Positions 11,322-21,681 of a stretch of DNA of 64,000 nt are shown here, piece after piece. The stretch lies in assembly GCA_963725665.1 (NCBI GenBank), contig CAVRZA010000001.1, forward strand, positions 1-64,000, in the 5' to 3' direction. This DNA is from an uncultured Actinomycetes bacterium. Its GTDB lineage: Bacteria; Actinomycetota; Thermoleophilia; UBA2241. The stretch's first letter is position 1, and each line of letters starts with the position of its first letter. The notes beneath the pieces were generated by a model. It was not told the origin of the DNA. It saw only the letters and a program-made list of their open reading frames with translations, and searched no databases. The position numbers were made by a program, and so were the translations under genes.

Positions 11322-12398
11322 ATGCGTCTCGTCCGATTGTCAACTGTTCTGCTGCTTTCGTTGCTCGCGCTGGTGCTGGCGTATCCCGCGGCCGCCACCG
11401 CCTGCAGAGCACGCGCACCCCGCACGTACACCGTCCTGGTCGGGGCCGAGAACGCTCATCGCGGCGTCGACATCATGGCCTACTTCCCCAGCAGGGTCAC
11501 GATCCACGTGGGAGATTCCGTCCTCTGGGTCCAGAACGCCAACGAGATCCACACCGTCACCTTCCTCGGCGGCAGCCCGGTCCCGCCGCTGATCTCGCAG
11601 GCGACCGATCTCGGCTTCCCGGCGGACCCCGGTCCGCTGGTGTTCACCCCCAAGGCGGTCGACAGGGCGACCTCAGGCACGCTCGGCGACAACACGACAT
11701 TCGTCAACTCGGGCTTAATGGGCCGCGAGCCCGGGCAGTACGGCTCGTTCAGTCTCACGTTCACCGCGAAGGGCACCTACGACTACCTCTGCGTGGTCCA
11801 CGGCATGATGATGTCCGGCGTCGTGAGAGTCGTCGGCGGCCGTGAATGCGTGGCGTCTCCCTGGATGGTGCGCGCGCGCGGTCTGTACGAGATCGCCCGC
11901 AAGATGTCCCACGTGCCGGCGGTGCTTCGGGAGGCCAGGCAGCAGATCGAGCCGCCGACCGTCAATCCCGATGGCACGGTCACCCACTACGTCAACCTGG
12001 GATTCGGCGAGGGACAGATCGATCTGATGCGCTTCTTCCCCAGTCATCTTCTCGTCCGCCCCGGAGACACCGTCAAGTGGCAGATGACGCCCGCCAGCGA
12101 TGCCCCGCACACGGTGACGTTTCTCAACGGCACCCCCGAGCCTGACCTGGTCATTCCGGTCCTGCAGACGAACGCACCGCCGGTGCTCTACTTCAACCCG
12201 GCGGTGCTGATGCCCAGCCCGTCCGTCCCTGCAAATCTGATGAGGACCGGTTACTACAACTCGGGCTTGATGGACCCCGTTCCCGGCACTACCTACTCGC
12301 TGGTCATCGGCGATGTCACCCCCGGACCGCTTCAGTACCTGTGCCAGCTACACGACACGAGCGGGATGAAAGGCAGCCTCATCGTTCTCCCGAAGTGA
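11322..12398 (+). CDS. Secreted two-domain cupredoxin (plastocyanin/azurin-like) copper protein
   Basis: Signal peptide; two HTVTF...C-x2-H-x3/4-M ligand sets (YLCVVHGMMM, YLCQLHDTSGM). Confidence 0.8.
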   Translation: MRLVRLSTVLLLSLLALVLAYPAAATACRARAPRTYTVLVGAENAHRGVDIMAYFPSRVTIHVGDSVLWVQNANEIHTVTFLGGSPVPPLISQATDLGFPADPGPLVFTPKAVDRATSGTLGDNTTFVNSGLMGREPGQYGSFSLTFTAKGTYDYLCVVHGMMMSGVVRVVGGRECVASPWMVRARGLYEIARKMSHVPAVLREARQQIEPPTVNPDGTVTHYVNLGFGEGQIDLMRFFPSHLLVRPGDTVKWQMTPASDAPHTVTFLNGTPEPDLVIPVLQTNAPPVLYFNPAVLMPSPSVPANLMRTGYYNSGLMDPVPGTTYSLVIGDVTPGPLQYLCQLHDTSGMKGSLIVLPK

Positions 12399-12422
12399 GA
12401 GCTGATCAGACGGTTGAAGGTC

Positions 12423-12456
12423 GCGCGCGCCGCGCCCATCCGGGCGCGGCGCGCGC
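12423..12456. terminator. GC-rich hairpin between convergent genes (probable bidirectional terminator)
   Basis: gcgcgccgcgccc-atcc-gggcgcggcgcgc forms a perfect stem. Confidence 0.6.
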
Positions 12457-12486
12457 CGGCGATCGAGCGGTGATGTCCTGACTCGA

Positions 12487-13221
12487 TCACGCCTCCGGCC
12501 GGTCCGGGCCTCCTTCCAGCCCGTGCTTGGGCCATTTGAGCTCGTGCTCGTCGATCGCGCCCAGCCCGAGCTTGAGGATCTTGGTCATCTCGGCGACGCG
12601 CCAGCCGACGCAGCGAGTGGCGTACATACCCATCTCGTCCTGGCGGATGGCATCGAGCGACTCGTCCGGGAAGGGGAACCCCGCCAGCGCCATGGCGCCC
12701 GTGTAGCCGCCGATGCTCTTGGCTGGGCGTTCCGGCCCCACGCCGACGACGATGATGTCGTGCATCGTGGCCCACGAGGTCATCGTCTGGATGGTGTGCT
12801 CGTGGCCGCCCTGGCGGTCCCAGGCGACGGTCAGGAAGCCGGCCGCCTTGTTGCGCCAGGGCAGACCCAGCATCTCCACGGCCATCGAGCGGTCCATAAA
12901 GGCTTTTAGCTCGGACGTGACCGACATCCAGTACACGGGGCAGCCGAAGATGAAGCCGTCGGCGTCGAACACCAGCTCGGCGATCTCGTGGAAGGCGTCG
13001 GCGGTCGGCTTGTAGCACTGGCAGAGCTTGTCGCGGTCGGGGTTGTCCTGGCACTTGTACGTGGAGCGGCAGGGCAGCATCTTCTTGCCTGCGATGCTGA
13101 AGTACTCAGTTGTGACCCCCGGGATATCGGCCGCGGCCGCCAGCGCTTCCTGCACCTGGATCTCGGTGTTGCCGTGCCGCGGGCTCCACGCGCATCCCAG
13201 GATCTTCACTGCGGTCGTCAT
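12487..13221 (-). CDS. Flavodoxin-like / iron-sulfur flavoprotein (NADPH-dependent FMN reductase family)
   Basis: SPRHGNT, a Cys cluster, and ADGFIFGCPVY...LKAFMDR. Confidence 0.85.
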   Translation of the reverse strand: MTTAVKILGCAWSPRHGNTEIQVQEALAAAADIPGVTTEYFSIAGKKMLPCRSTYKCQDNPDRDKLCQCYKPTADAFHEIAELVFDADGFIFGCPVYWMSVTSELKAFMDRSMAVEMLGLPWRNKAAGFLTVAWDRQGGHEHTIQTMTSWATMHDIIVVGVGPERPAKSIGGYTGAMALAGFPFPDESLDAIRQDEMGMYATRCVGWRVAEMTKILKLGLGAIDEHELKWPKHGLEGGPDRPEA

Positions 13222-13466
13222 GCCGTCAGACCTCCTCTGACCGAGATGGACAGGCTCTCATGCAAGGAGTTCGACAATCTCCGCGGTCAAGCGGCAGTCG
13301 GCATGCCGTTCGAGCTCTGTGCGACCACGGACACATGAACTCCCGAATGACTTGACGAGATGGATACTAGCCCAGGAGGCGCGCGCGTGGGTGGATGTGG
13401 AGTCTCGGGGCCTATCCGCCGATACCTACTCGTGACACAGCCGCGCGTCCAGGGGGACCGGGGAGG

Positions 13467-13853
13467 ATGTTCGAACTTGGCGATGTGACGGCCTTCGGCT
13501 ACCTGGCGCACAGGACCGCCGTGTGTGAGGCCTGTGGGAAGCGCCTGCCGACGGAGTCCGACCCCACGATCGTCTGGGGACACTCGCTCGACGGCTTGGC
13601 CTACTCCGCCTACTGCGAGGCCTGCGTCGAGAGGCTGCGGGTGACGGTCGTGGCGCGCGTCGTGTCGGGAACAGAGTGGCGCCCGCCACCGCCGCCCTAC
13701 GCCTGCGGCGACTGCGGCCGCTCCCTGCCGGCGCCCGACGATTGCGGCTGGGTGCTCTGGGTACTGGCGCCCGAGGGCGTGGTCTGCTTGTGTAATGACT
13801 GCCGCGTGAAACGCGGGCTGCCGACAGCGCACATCCACCGGCCGCAGAGCTGA
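13467..13853 (+). CDS. Hypothetical Cys-rich (four CxxC) putative zinc-binding protein
   Basis: Motifs CEAC, CEAC, CGDC and CNDC; GGGAGG precedes the ATG. Confidence 0.55.
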   Translation: MFELGDVTAFGYLAHRTAVCEACGKRLPTESDPTIVWGHSLDGLAYSAYCEACVERLRVTVVARVVSGTEWRPPPPPYACGDCGRSLPAPDDCGWVLWVLAPEGVVCLCNDCRVKRGLPTAHIHRPQS

Positions 13854-14080
13854 CGCGGACTCCTGCCGAGCTAGCTCTCGGGCGAGGCTGACCCGGACTC
13901 CTCGCTAGTGCGCCTCTCGTCCGGGCGACCCGCGCGCGCGCGATCGGACGCTCAAGGCATCCGCGAGGTTCTTGCCGCAAGCTCACTTGACTCCCACCAA
14001 GCGTTGTTCGAGATCGGCGCAGGCCGATCTCGGGTGAGTGGGCGGGCGCCGGCCCCTGACAGTCGGCGTGATAGCCTCGG

Positions 14081-15028
14081 ATGATGCTTGCCATCCTCCT
14101 CGCGCTGGGCGCGTCCGTCTGCTGGGGATCGGGTGACTTCCTTGGTGGGCTCACGACGCGCCGCGCCAGCCTGTGGGCCGTCGTCATCGGGAGCCAGAGC
14201 GTCGGCCTCGCCGGCGCGGCCCTCGTGGTCGTGCTCCTCGGTCGACCGTGGCCCGGGCTCGCCGGCGTGTGGCCCGTGCTGCTCGGCGGCGCCGCGGGCG
14301 CCGTCGCCATAGCAACCTTCTATAGGGCGCTGGCCATCGGCACGATGAGCATCGTCGCGCCGATCAGTGCGACGTCCGCCCTGATCCCTTTCGCCGTGGG
14401 GCTGGCGGCCGGCGAGCGGCCGTCGGTCACGCAGCTCGCCGGCGCCGCGGTGGCGGCGGTCGGCGTGCTGCTGGTGGCAAGCGAGCCGGCGCGCCGCGGC
14501 GAGACCGTGGGCGCGCCGGCGCTGCCCGGCGGCCCGGCCGTTGAGCCGGAGGCCGCCGTCGGCGCGCGGCGCGCGTCGGTCCACCAGGCCGGCACGCCTG
14601 CGGAGCGGCGGCGCACCCAGCGACAGGCCATCGGCCTGTCGCTCGTCGCCGCCGTGTGCATAGGCCTGGCGCTGCTGGGCTACGATGCGGCCGCGCAGCA
14701 CGATCCCGTGTGGGCCATGCTCGCCGGCCGCGCCTCGTCGGCGACCTTCTTCGCGCTGTTCCTCGTCGCCGTGCGGCCTCGCATAGTCGCCACAGCCGCC
14801 GCCGTACCGGGCATCGTCACCGTCGGTCTGGTCGACACCGGCGCCAACGGCATGTTCGCCCTGGCCACGACGCAGGGGTACCTGAGCATCGTGGCCGTGC
14901 TCGGTTCTGTCTATCCGGCCGTGACCGTGACCCTCGCCTATGCCTTCCTTCGCGAGCGCATCGCACCCCACCAGCTCGCCGGCGTCGGCGCCACCCTCGT
15001 GGGCGTCTCGCTCATCGCCGCCGGATGA
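14081..15028 (+). CDS. EamA/DMT family transporter
   Basis: About 10 TM helices in two repeats; WGSGDF...FYRAL and YPAVTV...LRER. Confidence 0.9.
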   Translation: MMLAILLALGASVCWGSGDFLGGLTTRRASLWAVVIGSQSVGLAGAALVVVLLGRPWPGLAGVWPVLLGGAAGAVAIATFYRALAIGTMSIVAPISATSALIPFAVGLAAGERPSVTQLAGAAVAAVGVLLVASEPARRGETVGAPALPGGPAVEPEAAVGARRASVHQAGTPAERRRTQRQAIGLSLVAAVCIGLALLGYDAAAQHDPVWAMLAGRASSATFFALFLVAVRPRIVATAAAVPGIVTVGLVDTGANGMFALATTQGYLSIVAVLGSVYPAVTVTLAYAFLRERIAPHQLAGVGATLVGVSLIAAG

Positions 15029-15330
15029 CCGTCGCGAGAGAGGTGGGCTGCCCGGTGCGTGCGGCGAGGCAGAGTGGTGCTCTCCCGCCTCATCTTGCGG
15101 ACCCGGCCACCGGGGGCCCACTGGTTCATCAAGGCCGACTACTACACGTACCTCCAGGTGCCCCACCTCGGGCTACCGCGGGCCGATCACGAGTAGCCTA
15201 TGAAGCGTTGGGCGGACCGCGCTAGGCCATGCCGCGCTGACGTCCCTTCCGCGCCAGGCATCATGGTAGTAGGCTCACACCGGCGTCCGGTGTGGAGGGT
15301 CACGCGGGCGCGCGACACTGAGGGGGGACT

Positions 15331-17145
15331 ATGGGGAACGCGCGACTTCGCTTCGCGGCCATTGGCGCCGCGCTCATTCTCAGTATCGGACTTCTGGTGG
15401 GCCTCGGCTCGGCGCTGGCCGCTGACTCGAGCCCGTCGCCGAACGCAGGCAACGAGAAGGTCGTTCTGCAGTTCGGCTGGTATGAGAACATCGACAGCCT
15501 CAACCCGTTCATCGGCTACGCCAGCGTCGCCTTCGCCGTCTTCTACGAGAACTACGACACGCTCGTCAACTACGACGCCGAGACGCTCCAGCCGGTCCCC
15601 GGCGTGGCCGAGAGCTGGGAACACTCGGCCGACGGCAAGACGTGGACCTTCCACATCCGCCACGACATCAAGTGGCAGGACGGTCGGCCCCTGACGGCCA
15701 AAGACGTGGCCTTCACCTTCAACTACGTCGTCGACAACGAGATGGGCGCCTTCACCACCTACACCAACGCTCTCGAGCACACCTCGGCCGTCGACGACTA
15801 CACGGTGCGGATGGAGTGCAGCAAGCCCAAGGCCGGCATCCTGCAGATGTTGGTCCCCATCCTGCCCGAGCACATCTGGGGCAAGATCGACCCCGGCGAC
15901 GCGGGGAGCAAGTTCCAGAACCTACCGCCGATCGTCGGCTCAGGACCCTTCCAGGTGGTGGAGTGGAAGAAGGACGGGTTCGTGCGCATGGTCGCCAACA
16001 AGGAGTACTGGGGCGGGGCGCCCAAGATCGACCAGCTCATCTTCCGCTTCTACGCCAACCAGGACACGATGGTCCAGGACTTCAAGGCGGGTGCCATCCA
16101 GTGGGCCAAGATCCCGCAAGCCCAGTTCGCGAGCCTGCAGAACACCCCTGGTGTCGCGGCAATCAAAGCGCAGGGAGACGACTTCGAGGAACTGGGCATG
16201 AACTGCTACACCGGCCCGTCGCTGGGGAACCCGGCGCTCAAGGACCCCGCGTTCCGCAAGGCGCTCAATTGGGCGATCGACCGCGAGGCGATGGCCAGCG
16301 TCGCCTACGGCGGCGGTGCCGTGGCGGCCACCGGCTTCCTGCCCAGCGGCTTCTGGAAGGCGTCGCTCGACTACCACTGGGAGCCGCCCGCTGACCAGAA
16401 GTACACCTTCGACCTCGAGCGCGCCAAGCAGGAGCTCGACGCAGCCGGCTACAGAGACACCGATGGCGATGGCGTGCGCGAGGGCAAGGACGGCAAGCCG
16501 ATCAAGCTCCGTCTCTGGTCCATCAGCGAGAAGAACGAGTACACCGGCGCCGCCAAGCTCATGGCCAGCTCGCTGCACCAGGTCGGCTTGCAGATCGAGC
16601 TGCAGACCATGGAAGACGGCGCCTTCTCTGCCGGCGCGTACAACACGGTCGAGGGCAAGTTCAAGCCCGACTACGACCTGTTCGTCTGGGGCTGGACCGG
16701 CGACAGCGACCCCGGCTTCCTGCTCTCGGTCTTCCTGACGAGCCAGATCAACAGCTGGAGCGACTGCGCCTGGTCGAACGTCGAGTACGACGACCTCTTC
16801 AAGCAACAAGACGCCGAGCTCGATCCCCAGAAGCGCAGAGACCTCATCTGGCGCATGCAGGAGATCGTCTACGCCCAATCACCGTACGTCGTCCTCGTCT
16901 ACCCACAGAGCCTCGAGGTCTACGACACCGCCGACTGGGAGGGTTGGGTGCGGCAGCCGTCCGGCACCGGCACGGTGCAGAACAACTGGACCTACCTGAG
17001 TATCCGGCCCAAGACCGCCGCGGCGACCGAGAGCGGGGGCGGCGCCAACTGGATCGTCGCCGTGATCGTGCTCGTCGCGCTCGTCGTGATCGGCCTTGTC
17101 TGGCTTCTGATGCGCCGCCGTGGCACGGCGCTCGAGGAGAGCTAG
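15331..17145 (+). CDS. Family 5 (peptide-type) ABC substrate-binding protein with C-terminal membrane anchor
   Basis: PGVAESWEHSADGKTWTFHIR...W.DG.PLTAKDV and GSGPF; C-terminal TM followed by RRR. Confidence 0.92.
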   Translation: MGNARLRFAAIGAALILSIGLLVGLGSALAADSSPSPNAGNEKVVLQFGWYENIDSLNPFIGYASVAFAVFYENYDTLVNYDAETLQPVPGVAESWEHSADGKTWTFHIRHDIKWQDGRPLTAKDVAFTFNYVVDNEMGAFTTYTNALEHTSAVDDYTVRMECSKPKAGILQMLVPILPEHIWGKIDPGDAGSKFQNLPPIVGSGPFQVVEWKKDGFVRMVANKEYWGGAPKIDQLIFRFYANQDTMVQDFKAGAIQWAKIPQAQFASLQNTPGVAAIKAQGDDFEELGMNCYTGPSLGNPALKDPAFRKALNWAIDREAMASVAYGGGAVAATGFLPSGFWKASLDYHWEPPADQKYTFDLERAKQELDAAGYRDTDGDGVREGKDGKPIKLRLWSISEKNEYTGAAKLMASSLHQVGLQIELQTMEDGAFSAGAYNTVEGKFKPDYDLFVWGWTGDSDPGFLLSVFLTSQINSWSDCAWSNVEYDDLFKQQDAELDPQKRRDLIWRMQEIVYAQSPYVVLVYPQSLEVYDTADWEGWVRQPSGTGTVQNNWTYLSIRPKTAAATESGGGANWIVAVIVLVALVVIGLVWLLMRRRGTALEES

Positions 17146-17232
17146 AGATCGTGTAGGGCGGCGGGATGCGATCGGCACCCCACCGCCCCACACCGCGCAT
17201 CAGGATCGGGCAAGCCGAAACGGGAGGACAGC

Positions 17233-18051
17233 GTGCCGACACTGCAGGGGTCACAGGCGGCGATCCACTACGAGCAGGTGGGCGAGGGACCCGACATCGT
17301 GTGGGTCTCGGGCGGCGGAGGGCTGGCCGAGGACTGGGACTCCTACCAGTTGCCCTACTTCAGGCAGGGTTTTCGCAACACGACCTTCGACAACCGCGGC
17401 GTCGGGACGACTGTCTGCGAGCTGCCTCTGCCCTGGTCACTTGAGGCCTTCGCCCGCGACACGGCCGAGCTCATCGAAGCGGCCTGCCATCCCCCCGTGG
17501 CCCTCGTCGGTCTCTCGTTCGGCGCCGGCATCGTGCAGCAGGTGGCCCTCGACTTTCCGGAGCTGCTCCGTTGCGCGATCGCCATGGGCACGGGCGCCCG
17601 CAGCCTCGGCTGGACCTGGGACTACCAGACGGCCGAGATCGAGTATCGCAAGGCCGGCGGACGCCTGGACGGCATGATGGCTGTGGCCCACTATGCGGCG
17701 ATGTCGTATCCCGCGCGCGTTCTCGGCGATCGTGAGCTATGGCCCAAGATCCGCGAGAGCTACCTCGCCTACTACGAGACAGAGACCAACGAGGAGTCGC
17801 TGGTCGCTCAGTGGGAACCTTGCGTGCTCTTCGATCAGACCGACCGGCTGCCCGACTGCCGGGTCCCTCTGCACGTGATCGCCTTCGACCAGGACGTGCA
17901 GGCGCCGCCCCAGGACGGCGAGGAGGTGGCCGCGCTGTGCCCTAGCGCCGAGTACCACCTCTTCGAGGGCATGGGCCACTGCTCGATCTACGGTCACACG
18001 CACGACGTCCTCAATCCGTTCATCAAGGGGATCGTCGAGCGCTATCTGTAG
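17233..18051 (+). CDS. Alpha/beta-fold hydrolase
   Basis: FDNRGVG, nucleophile motif GLSFG, and GMGH. Confidence 0.9.
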   Translation: MPTLQGSQAAIHYEQVGEGPDIVWVSGGGGLAEDWDSYQLPYFRQGFRNTTFDNRGVGTTVCELPLPWSLEAFARDTAELIEAACHPPVALVGLSFGAGIVQQVALDFPELLRCAIAMGTGARSLGWTWDYQTAEIEYRKAGGRLDGMMAVAHYAAMSYPARVLGDRELWPKIRESYLAYYETETNEESLVAQWEPCVLFDQTDRLPDCRVPLHVIAFDQDVQAPPQDGEEVAALCPSAEYHLFEGMGHCSIYGHTHDVLNPFIKGIVERYL

Positions 18052-18118
18052 GACTCAGGGAAGCTACGGCAACTGTCGCGGCGCCCTGCTACGGCGTGAG
18101 TTGCGCCCGCGGAGTGGC

Positions 18119-18385
18119 CTAGCTCACTCGGCGCAGCTCGAAGACGACCGGGTTGGCCGGGTCTGGGCAGCACACGACCGTGCGGTCTGGGTCGCTCTCC
18201 CAGGGAAGCACGCCACCGAAGCGCAGCGTCGCGAGGAAGGGGGCGATCGCGCTCAGGGCCCACGTGCACACGCCCGTGGGGGCGTTGAAGTCCGTGACCG
18301 TCCATGAGTCGCCCGCCCGATAGCCGCAGGGCGGCTCTCCGCTCTCGAGCACATCGAGGACGGTAATGCGGACCTCGTGCGTCGT
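18119..18385 (-). CDS. TIGR04076-like small Cys protein; no canonical start before the conserved N-terminus
   Basis: HEVRITVLDV...C..Y.AGD...CTWA...CCPDPANPVVFELRR; in frame directly after the TAG of the GGDEF gene. Confidence 0.7.
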   Translation of the reverse strand, partial: TTHEVRITVLDVLESGEPPCGYRAGDSWTVTDFNAPTGVCTWALSAIAPFLATLRFGGVLPWESDPDRTVVCCPDPANPVVFELRRVS

Positions 18386-20386
18386 CTACGTCTTGTAGAC
18401 CTCGACGCGGTTCTTGCCGAGCTTCTTCGCGAGGTAGAGCGCCTTGTCGGCCTTCTCGACCAGCCCCGCCACGGACGTCGCGTGCTCCGGCATCCCGGCA
18501 ATGCCGATGCTGACCGTGATGTGCACCGGGTCGTGCTCATCGTGCCCCGGGAACTGCCTGTGCGCCACTTCGCGCAGGATACGTTTGCCGAGGGCCATAG
18601 CGGACGCGTTCTGCCTGATCCGGTCGCCGGCGGCCTGAGCGCCTTCGGTCCCGGTGCTGGGCAGGATCAGAGCGAACTCCTCGCCGCCGTAGCGAGCGAC
18701 AAGGTCGACCTGAGCGCGCGTCTGGTGGAACAGCAGGTCGCCGAGCTCCTTGAGCACGCGGTCGCCGGCTGGATGCCCGAAGTGGTCGTTGTAGTGTTTG
18801 AAGTCGTCGATGTCGAGCATGAGGAGGGAGAGCGCCAGGTCGTACCGGCGACTGCGCGCGACCTCCTGAGCGAGACGCTCGTAGAAGTAGCGGTGGTTGT
18901 AGACGCCGGTGAGGCCGTCGGTGATCGCTTGCAGCTGCACGGCGTCGTAGAGGCGCGCGTTCTGGACCACCGCTGCCGCCTGGTTGCCCAGGATCCCCAT
19001 GATCTCGATCTCGTCGTGACCAAAGGGCCGCGGAGGGTCGCTGTTGACGTCGATGTACCCGATCAGATCCGTTCCCCACGCGAGGGGCACGATCAGCCGC
19101 CCCGGGTCCCCCTCGGCGCCACGCCTGGGGGCCTTCGCGGCCAGTGCCTCAGCGATGACAGGGTCCGTTACGCCGGGCGCCTCATCCCGCCCGTGCACCG
19201 CGAACTCCGCCGCGCAGCGACGCTCGGGGAAGAGATCGGTGAGTCCCTGTGTCAACTCCGCGCCGATGCGCTCGAGGTCGAGGAGGCCGACCAAGGATTG
19301 GCTGAGAAGTGACCAGCGATCGAGTCGCTGGTTGCGCTCCTCGACGGCGCGGTACTGACGAGCGTTGTTGATCGCCACGGCCGCCTGCTCGCCCAGGGCG
19401 CGCGAGAGCTCGACCTCACTCTCATCGAAATGCCTTTCGTATGAAAGCTGGCCGATCTCGAGCAGTCCCACCGCCTTCCCCTCGAACAACAACGGCACCG
19501 CAAGGATAGTCTTCTGACCCCACTCGGCCATGGAAGTACGCGTCGACTCGAGGACGCCGGGATCGGAGACGCGTTGCTCAACGACCACGCCTTGCTCGAG
19601 AATCTGGCGATCATCCTCCCACTCGTTCAGGGGGTACACCGTTCCCGGGGGGTCCGGAAGCTCGGCGCTCGCTGTCTTGCGAAAGTACGCCTGCCAGATG
19701 ATCGCGTCGCCTTCACGGTCGTATTCGTAGATGTAGCAGATGTCGGCGGACAGGGCCTCGGCGGCGGTCCGCGCGACGTGAGCGAGCACTTCGTCGTAGA
19801 CGACCGAGGACGACACCGCGCGGCTGGCGGTGAGAAGCGACTGAAGCCGGCGGTTCTGATCGTCTTGCAGGCGATGGTAGCGGGCGTTCTGGATCGCGAC
19901 CGCGGCCAAGGCCGCCATGGTGGCGGCCAGTTCGCGGTCGGGGCGCGAGAAGGCCCGTTTGCGGCGCTTCTCGACCAGCTCGAGACATCCGATCGCCGTG
20001 TCGCCGAAGAAGAGGGGGACGAGCAGGCGGCTGGCCTCACCCCAGAGGCGCATCCGCTCGCGGTCCGCGGGCGGCAGGCGTGGCGAGTCGACGTGATTCT
20101 CGATCAGCTGCCGGCGGGTCAGCACGCGCCGGAAGGAGGGCTGGTCGGCGAGGTCGAGCGCTGTGCCCACCCAGCCTTCGTCGTAGGGGCCGGGCAGGCT
20201 CGTCCAGAGCGCCTGCGCCGTGAGAGTGTCTCGCTCGGCCGAGTACTCGTAGATGTCGCACTCGGTGACGTCGAGCAGGCGCGCGCTGCGCTCGGCCACG
20301 TTGGCGAGCACCTCGTCGAGCTCGAAGCTGGAGGTGACCGTGGCGATCGTGTCGGCTGTCAGGGCGGAGCGACGTGAGGCTGCCAT
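18386..20386 (-). CDS. Multi-GAF diguanylate cyclase
   Basis: Tandem GAF domains; DGLTG, DIDDFKHYND.FGH..GD and RYGGEEF. Confidence 0.93.
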   Translation of the reverse strand: MAASRRSALTADTIATVTSSFELDEVLANVAERSARLLDVTECDIYEYSAERDTLTAQALWTSLPGPYDEGWVGTALDLADQPSFRRVLTRRQLIENHVDSPRLPPADRERMRLWGEASRLLVPLFFGDTAIGCLELVEKRRKRAFSRPDRELAATMAALAAVAIQNARYHRLQDDQNRRLQSLLTASRAVSSSVVYDEVLAHVARTAAEALSADICYIYEYDREGDAIIWQAYFRKTASAELPDPPGTVYPLNEWEDDRQILEQGVVVEQRVSDPGVLESTRTSMAEWGQKTILAVPLLFEGKAVGLLEIGQLSYERHFDESEVELSRALGEQAAVAINNARQYRAVEERNQRLDRWSLLSQSLVGLLDLERIGAELTQGLTDLFPERRCAAEFAVHGRDEAPGVTDPVIAEALAAKAPRRGAEGDPGRLIVPLAWGTDLIGYIDVNSDPPRPFGHDEIEIMGILGNQAAAVVQNARLYDAVQLQAITDGLTGVYNHRYFYERLAQEVARSRRYDLALSLLMLDIDDFKHYNDHFGHPAGDRVLKELGDLLFHQTRAQVDLVARYGGEEFALILPSTGTEGAQAAGDRIRQNASAMALGKRILREVAHRQFPGHDEHDPVHITVSIGIAGMPEHATSVAGLVEKADKALYLAKKLGKNRVEVYKT

Positions 20387-20548
20387 CGTCTGGTTTCCTC
20401 CCAGTCACTGTGTGATACGCCGCGGACCTGTCGCTCCCTGCACAGACAAGGACCGGCGCCGCCAGCGGCGCCGGTCGCGATGGCTGGCTCACAGCCTGCC
20501 AGGCGTCAAACCAGGTGCCCTGCCGTCAAGCAGCGGGGTAAGGCGGTT

Positions 20549-21634
20549 TCACTTTGCCCAGAGCAGATAGGGCGCCTCCGCTGCCTCGGCCGGCGTGAGT
20601 TGCATCGGCAGCGTGACCCGGCATCCCGTCGCCGCGGACCTGTAGGCGGCGTAGATGACCTCCAGAGAGACGAGGCCATCGAAGCCGGTCTCCATCGGCT
20701 CCCGATCCTCGACGACGCAGTCCGTGAAATGCTGCATCTCCTGCGGCATCCCGTAGTTGTAGTACTCCTCGGCGATCGCGAAGCTGTACCCGGTCGTCGT
20801 GCCTTTTTCGACCGAGTAGCCGTAGCCGACGTCGCTGTAGGCGAACAGGGACGACTGCTGCATCATGTCGCCGTGGCACGTGCCGGCGCTGCCCTGGATG
20901 TCGAGCCGGTCGTCCATGCCGCCCGGCTTGGCCCAGCTCGTCTCCACCAGGCCGATCCGGTCGCCCTCGAAACGGATAGTCACCAGGGCGTGGTCCTCCA
21001 GGTCGGTACGGTCACCGTGCACGAACGTGCCGAGCTCCGCGGTGACCGACTCGATGGCCGGCTTGTCGTAGAGCCAGCGGATGACCTCGATGCTGTGGCA
21101 CCCCATGTCCATCAAGACACCGCCACCCGAGAGCTCGCCCTGCCAGAACCAGTCAGAGTGCGGGCCGTAGTGCGACTCGCCGTGCTTGACCTGGAAGACC
21201 CGACCGAAAGCGCCCTCGTCCATGAGCTCCTTGGCGCGCACGTAGCGCGGCGCAAAGCAGATCAGCTCGGCGTACATGAGCTTGATCCCCGCACGCTCCG
21301 CGGCGTCGAGCATCTCGCGAGCGTCGGCCAGCGTTCTAGCCAGGGGCTTCTCGCAGACGACGTGCTTGCCCGCTGCGGCGGCCGCGACGACGATCTCGCG
21401 GTGGGTGTTGTTGGGCGCGCCGACGCAGACCATGTCGACGTCGGCGCGCTCCAACACACGTCGGTAGTCGTCGTAGGCCTCCGGCACGCCGTACGTGTCG
21501 GCCAGTCGCCGTGCCCGCGACGTGGCGGGATCGGCTACGGCGACCAGGCGCGCGCCCTTCACTCGCTGGAAAGCGAGCGCGTGCTGGTCGCCGATCAGAC
21601 CGGCTCCGATCAGTCCCACACCTATCTCGCTCAC
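20549..21634 (-). CDS. Gfo/Idh/MocA family oxidoreductase
   Basis: GLIGAGLIG, HVVCEKP and GGGVLMDMGCH; GTG start after GGAGG. Confidence 0.92.
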   Translation of the reverse strand: MSEIGVGLIGAGLIGDQHALAFQRVKGARLVAVADPATSRARRLADTYGVPEAYDDYRRVLERADVDMVCVGAPNNTHREIVVAAAAAGKHVVCEKPLARTLADAREMLDAAERAGIKLMYAELICFAPRYVRAKELMDEGAFGRVFQVKHGESHYGPHSDWFWQGELSGGGVLMDMGCHSIEVIRWLYDKPAIESVTAELGTFVHGDRTDLEDHALVTIRFEGDRIGLVETSWAKPGGMDDRLDIQGSAGTCHGDMMQQSSLFAYSDVGYGYSVEKGTTTGYSFAIAEEYYNYGMPQEMQHFTDCVVEDREPMETGFDGLVSLEVIYAAYRSAATGCRVTLPMQLTPAEAAEAPYLLWAK

Positions 21635-21681
21635 GTCTTCCTCCAGGGTATCGTCGCACCGTTGGCAGGCACGCCTCTCCT

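Noticed and set aside
12487-13221. Selenocysteine recoding in redox genes
   Set aside because: I found no in-frame TGA at a Cys-equivalent position in this or the other oxidoreductases examined.
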